Assembly: GCA_023819525.1 (NCBI GenBank)
Contig: JAMWCT010000001.1
Location: 1 to 37,835, forward strand
DNA length: 37,835 bases
Source of the DNA: Candidatus Omnitrophota bacterium
GTDB taxonomy: Bacteria; Omnitrophota; Gorgyraeia; Duberdicusellales; 4484-171
Direction of reading: 5' to 3'
How positions within the stretch are numbered: position 1 is the stretch's first letter; each line of letters starts with the position of its first letter. The translations under genes and the position numbers were made by a program. Positions 36,823-37,835 of this stretch are shown here, in pieces. The notes under the pieces are model-generated. The model was not told the origin of the DNA. It made no database searches and saw only the letters and a list, made by a program, of their open reading frames with translations.

Positions 36823-37835
36823 CTTATAAAAATTTTAGTCTTGCAACTCATATAAAAAGCATAAGTCTAAAAAAAATAATTTTTGCTCAATTTGATTTAA
36901 CTTATAAGTGTGATTATTCTTGTAATTACTGTTATACAATTTGTTTCAACAAAGAAAAATATTTGAAAAAAGAATTAGATACCAACAAAATAAAAGCTAT
37001 TTTAGATAAACTTTATAATGAAGGTATCCTATGGCTTACTTTTAGTGGAGGAGATCCATTAACAAGAAGTGATTTTTTAGAAATTTATAAGTATTCAAAG
37101 GAAAAAGGTTTTCTTATAAGTATCCTTACAAATGGTTATAGGATAGACTTAAAACTAATCGATTTTTTCAAAAAGTATAGACCCTTTTTGATTGAGATTA
37201 CTTTAAATTCTATAAATCCCAAAACTTTTAAAAAAATTATCCAAAAAAATTTAAATTCAGAAAAGGTGCTTTCTGTAATAAAAAAATTAAAAAAAGAAGG
37301 GCTACCACTAAAAATAAAGACCCAAGTTATAAAGAATAATTTAGATGAAATTCCAAAAATAAAAAAATTTCTTCAAAAACTAAATTTAAAATTTTACCCA
37401 TCTTCTATAATATATCCAAGACTAAATAAAAATAAATTTCCTTGCTCGTTAAGGATAGATAAAGAGAAGTTTTTCAAAAAAAATTTGGGTTGTAATCAAA
37501 ATTTTAAGAAACATTTTAAATTTTTTCCCTGCACAGTTTTGAATACAGAGGGAATTCAGATTGATCCTTATGGAAATGTTTTTCTATGCGAACTTATAAG
37601 AAAACCTAAAGTAAATATTTTAAGATGTGACTTAAAAACTCTATACAATAAACTTATAGATTTTTTAAAAGATTTAGAAAACAGGTATAAAGATAAATGC
37701 CTTTGTGCAAGATGTAGATATATATATAGTTGTATGTGGTGTCCAGGGAAGGCATATTTAGAGACAAATAGTTTTATAAAACCAATAGATTATTACTGCC
37801 TACAAAAAGAAATTTTAAATTATGGAAAAAGTATC
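36810..37835 (+). CDS. Radical SAM/SPASM peptide maturase, paralog 3 (GTG start; 3' end cut by the window edge; absent from the supplied ORF track)
   Basis: Hand translation gives (V/M)FKLAYKNFSLATHIKSISLKKIIFAQFDLTYKCDYSCNYCY...LTFSGGDPLTRSDFLEIYKYSKEKGFLISILTNG...CTVLNTEGIQIDPYGNVFLC...CLCARCRYIYSCMWC...YYC. The frame is open from the stop at 36801-36803 to nt 37835 (342 codons). The only plausible start is GTG at 36810. It is most similar to paralog 1. Confidence 0.8.
   Translation, partial: MFKLAYKNFSLATHIKSISLKKIIFAQFDLTYKCDYSCNYCYTICFNKEKYLKKELDTNKIKAILDKLYNEGILWLTFSGGDPLTRSDFLEIYKYSKEKGFLISILTNGYRIDLKLIDFFKKYRPFLIEITLNSINPKTFKKIIQKNLNSEKVLSVIKKLKKEGLPLKIKTQVIKNNLDEIPKIKKFLQKLNLKFYPSSIIYPRLNKNKFPCSLRIDKEKFFKKNLGCNQNFKKHFKFFPCTVLNTEGIQIDPYGNVFLCELIRKPKVNILRCDLKTLYNKLIDFLKDLENRYKDKCLCARCRYIYSCMWCPGKAYLETNSFIKPIDYYCLQKEILNYGKSI

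Noticed and set aside
29801-37835. Lasso peptide cluster, suggested by the PqqD plus HprK-like kinase pairing.
   Set aside because: The window contains no asparagine-synthetase-like lasso cyclase and no transglutaminase-like B2 protease. The core has no N-terminal Gly/Ala/Ser/Cys followed by Asp/Glu at positions 7-9 in a convincing arrangement (there are no acidic residues in the core at all).
33392-37835. PQQ, mycofactocin, SCIFF or anaerobic-sulfatase-maturase systems as explanations for the PqqD and SPASM genes.
   Set aside because: There is no PqqA-like E-x3-Y peptide and no pqqB/C. The precursor does not end in GVY. It has only 3 Cys rather than the six-Cys-in-45 pattern. No sulfatase gene is present.

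Overview
This is a 37.8-kb, very AT-rich bacterial chromosome segment (roughly 25-30% GC by eye). Almost every gene is on the + strand and tightly packed. It has two parts.

(1) nt 1-24,951 is an ordinary housekeeping region. It encodes a CrtI-like flavoprotein, a polytopic sensor kinase and an orphan receiver, then tgt, trmD-rplS-rnhB-yraN, a cyclodeaminase-like gene with folD, a GuaB3-like gene with guaA, dnaE, an MscS-family channel, yggT, trmI (the only minus-strand gene), an FmdB zinc ribbon, a CsaA-like tRNA-binding protein, a SemiSWEET, a DegT aminotransferase, glnS, an orphan GroES-like gene and an ABC-F ATPase. The oddity here is a perfect 120-bp direct repeat of an internal kinase segment at the left window edge.

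(2) A GC-richer, degraded transposase remnant (about 24,990-25,340, minus strand) marks a boundary. Beyond it, a consensus TTGACA-N18-TATAAT promoter heads an unbroken array of 13 co-directional genes (25,406 to the window end). Their junctions are overlaps or gaps of 7 nt or less.

The first four genes look like an envelope or export module: an ExeA-like AAA ATPase, a degenerate HD-GYP protein, a membrane-anchored 568-aa coiled coil, and a Wza-like Poly_export/SLBB protein.

The last nine look like an unusual RiPP (ribosomally synthesised, post-translationally modified peptide) cassette:
- a B12-binding radical SAM (rSAM) protein;
- a Sec11/SipW-type (Ser/His) signal-peptidase-like protein;
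- an arginase/deacetylase-fold + TPR protein;
- a PqqD-type RRE (RiPP recognition element);
- a 65-aa precursor whose Arg/Ser/Thr/Gly-rich, 3-Cys core is about 44% GC against about 24% in its leader, and which ends in Ser;
- three paralogous radical SAM/SPASM maturases, the third GTG-started, absent from the ORF track and truncated by the window end;
- an HPr-kinase-like P-loop kinase.

I do not recognise this combination as any described RiPP class, and it is the main candidate for a novel system. All functional calls rest on motif recognition by eye. No searches were run.
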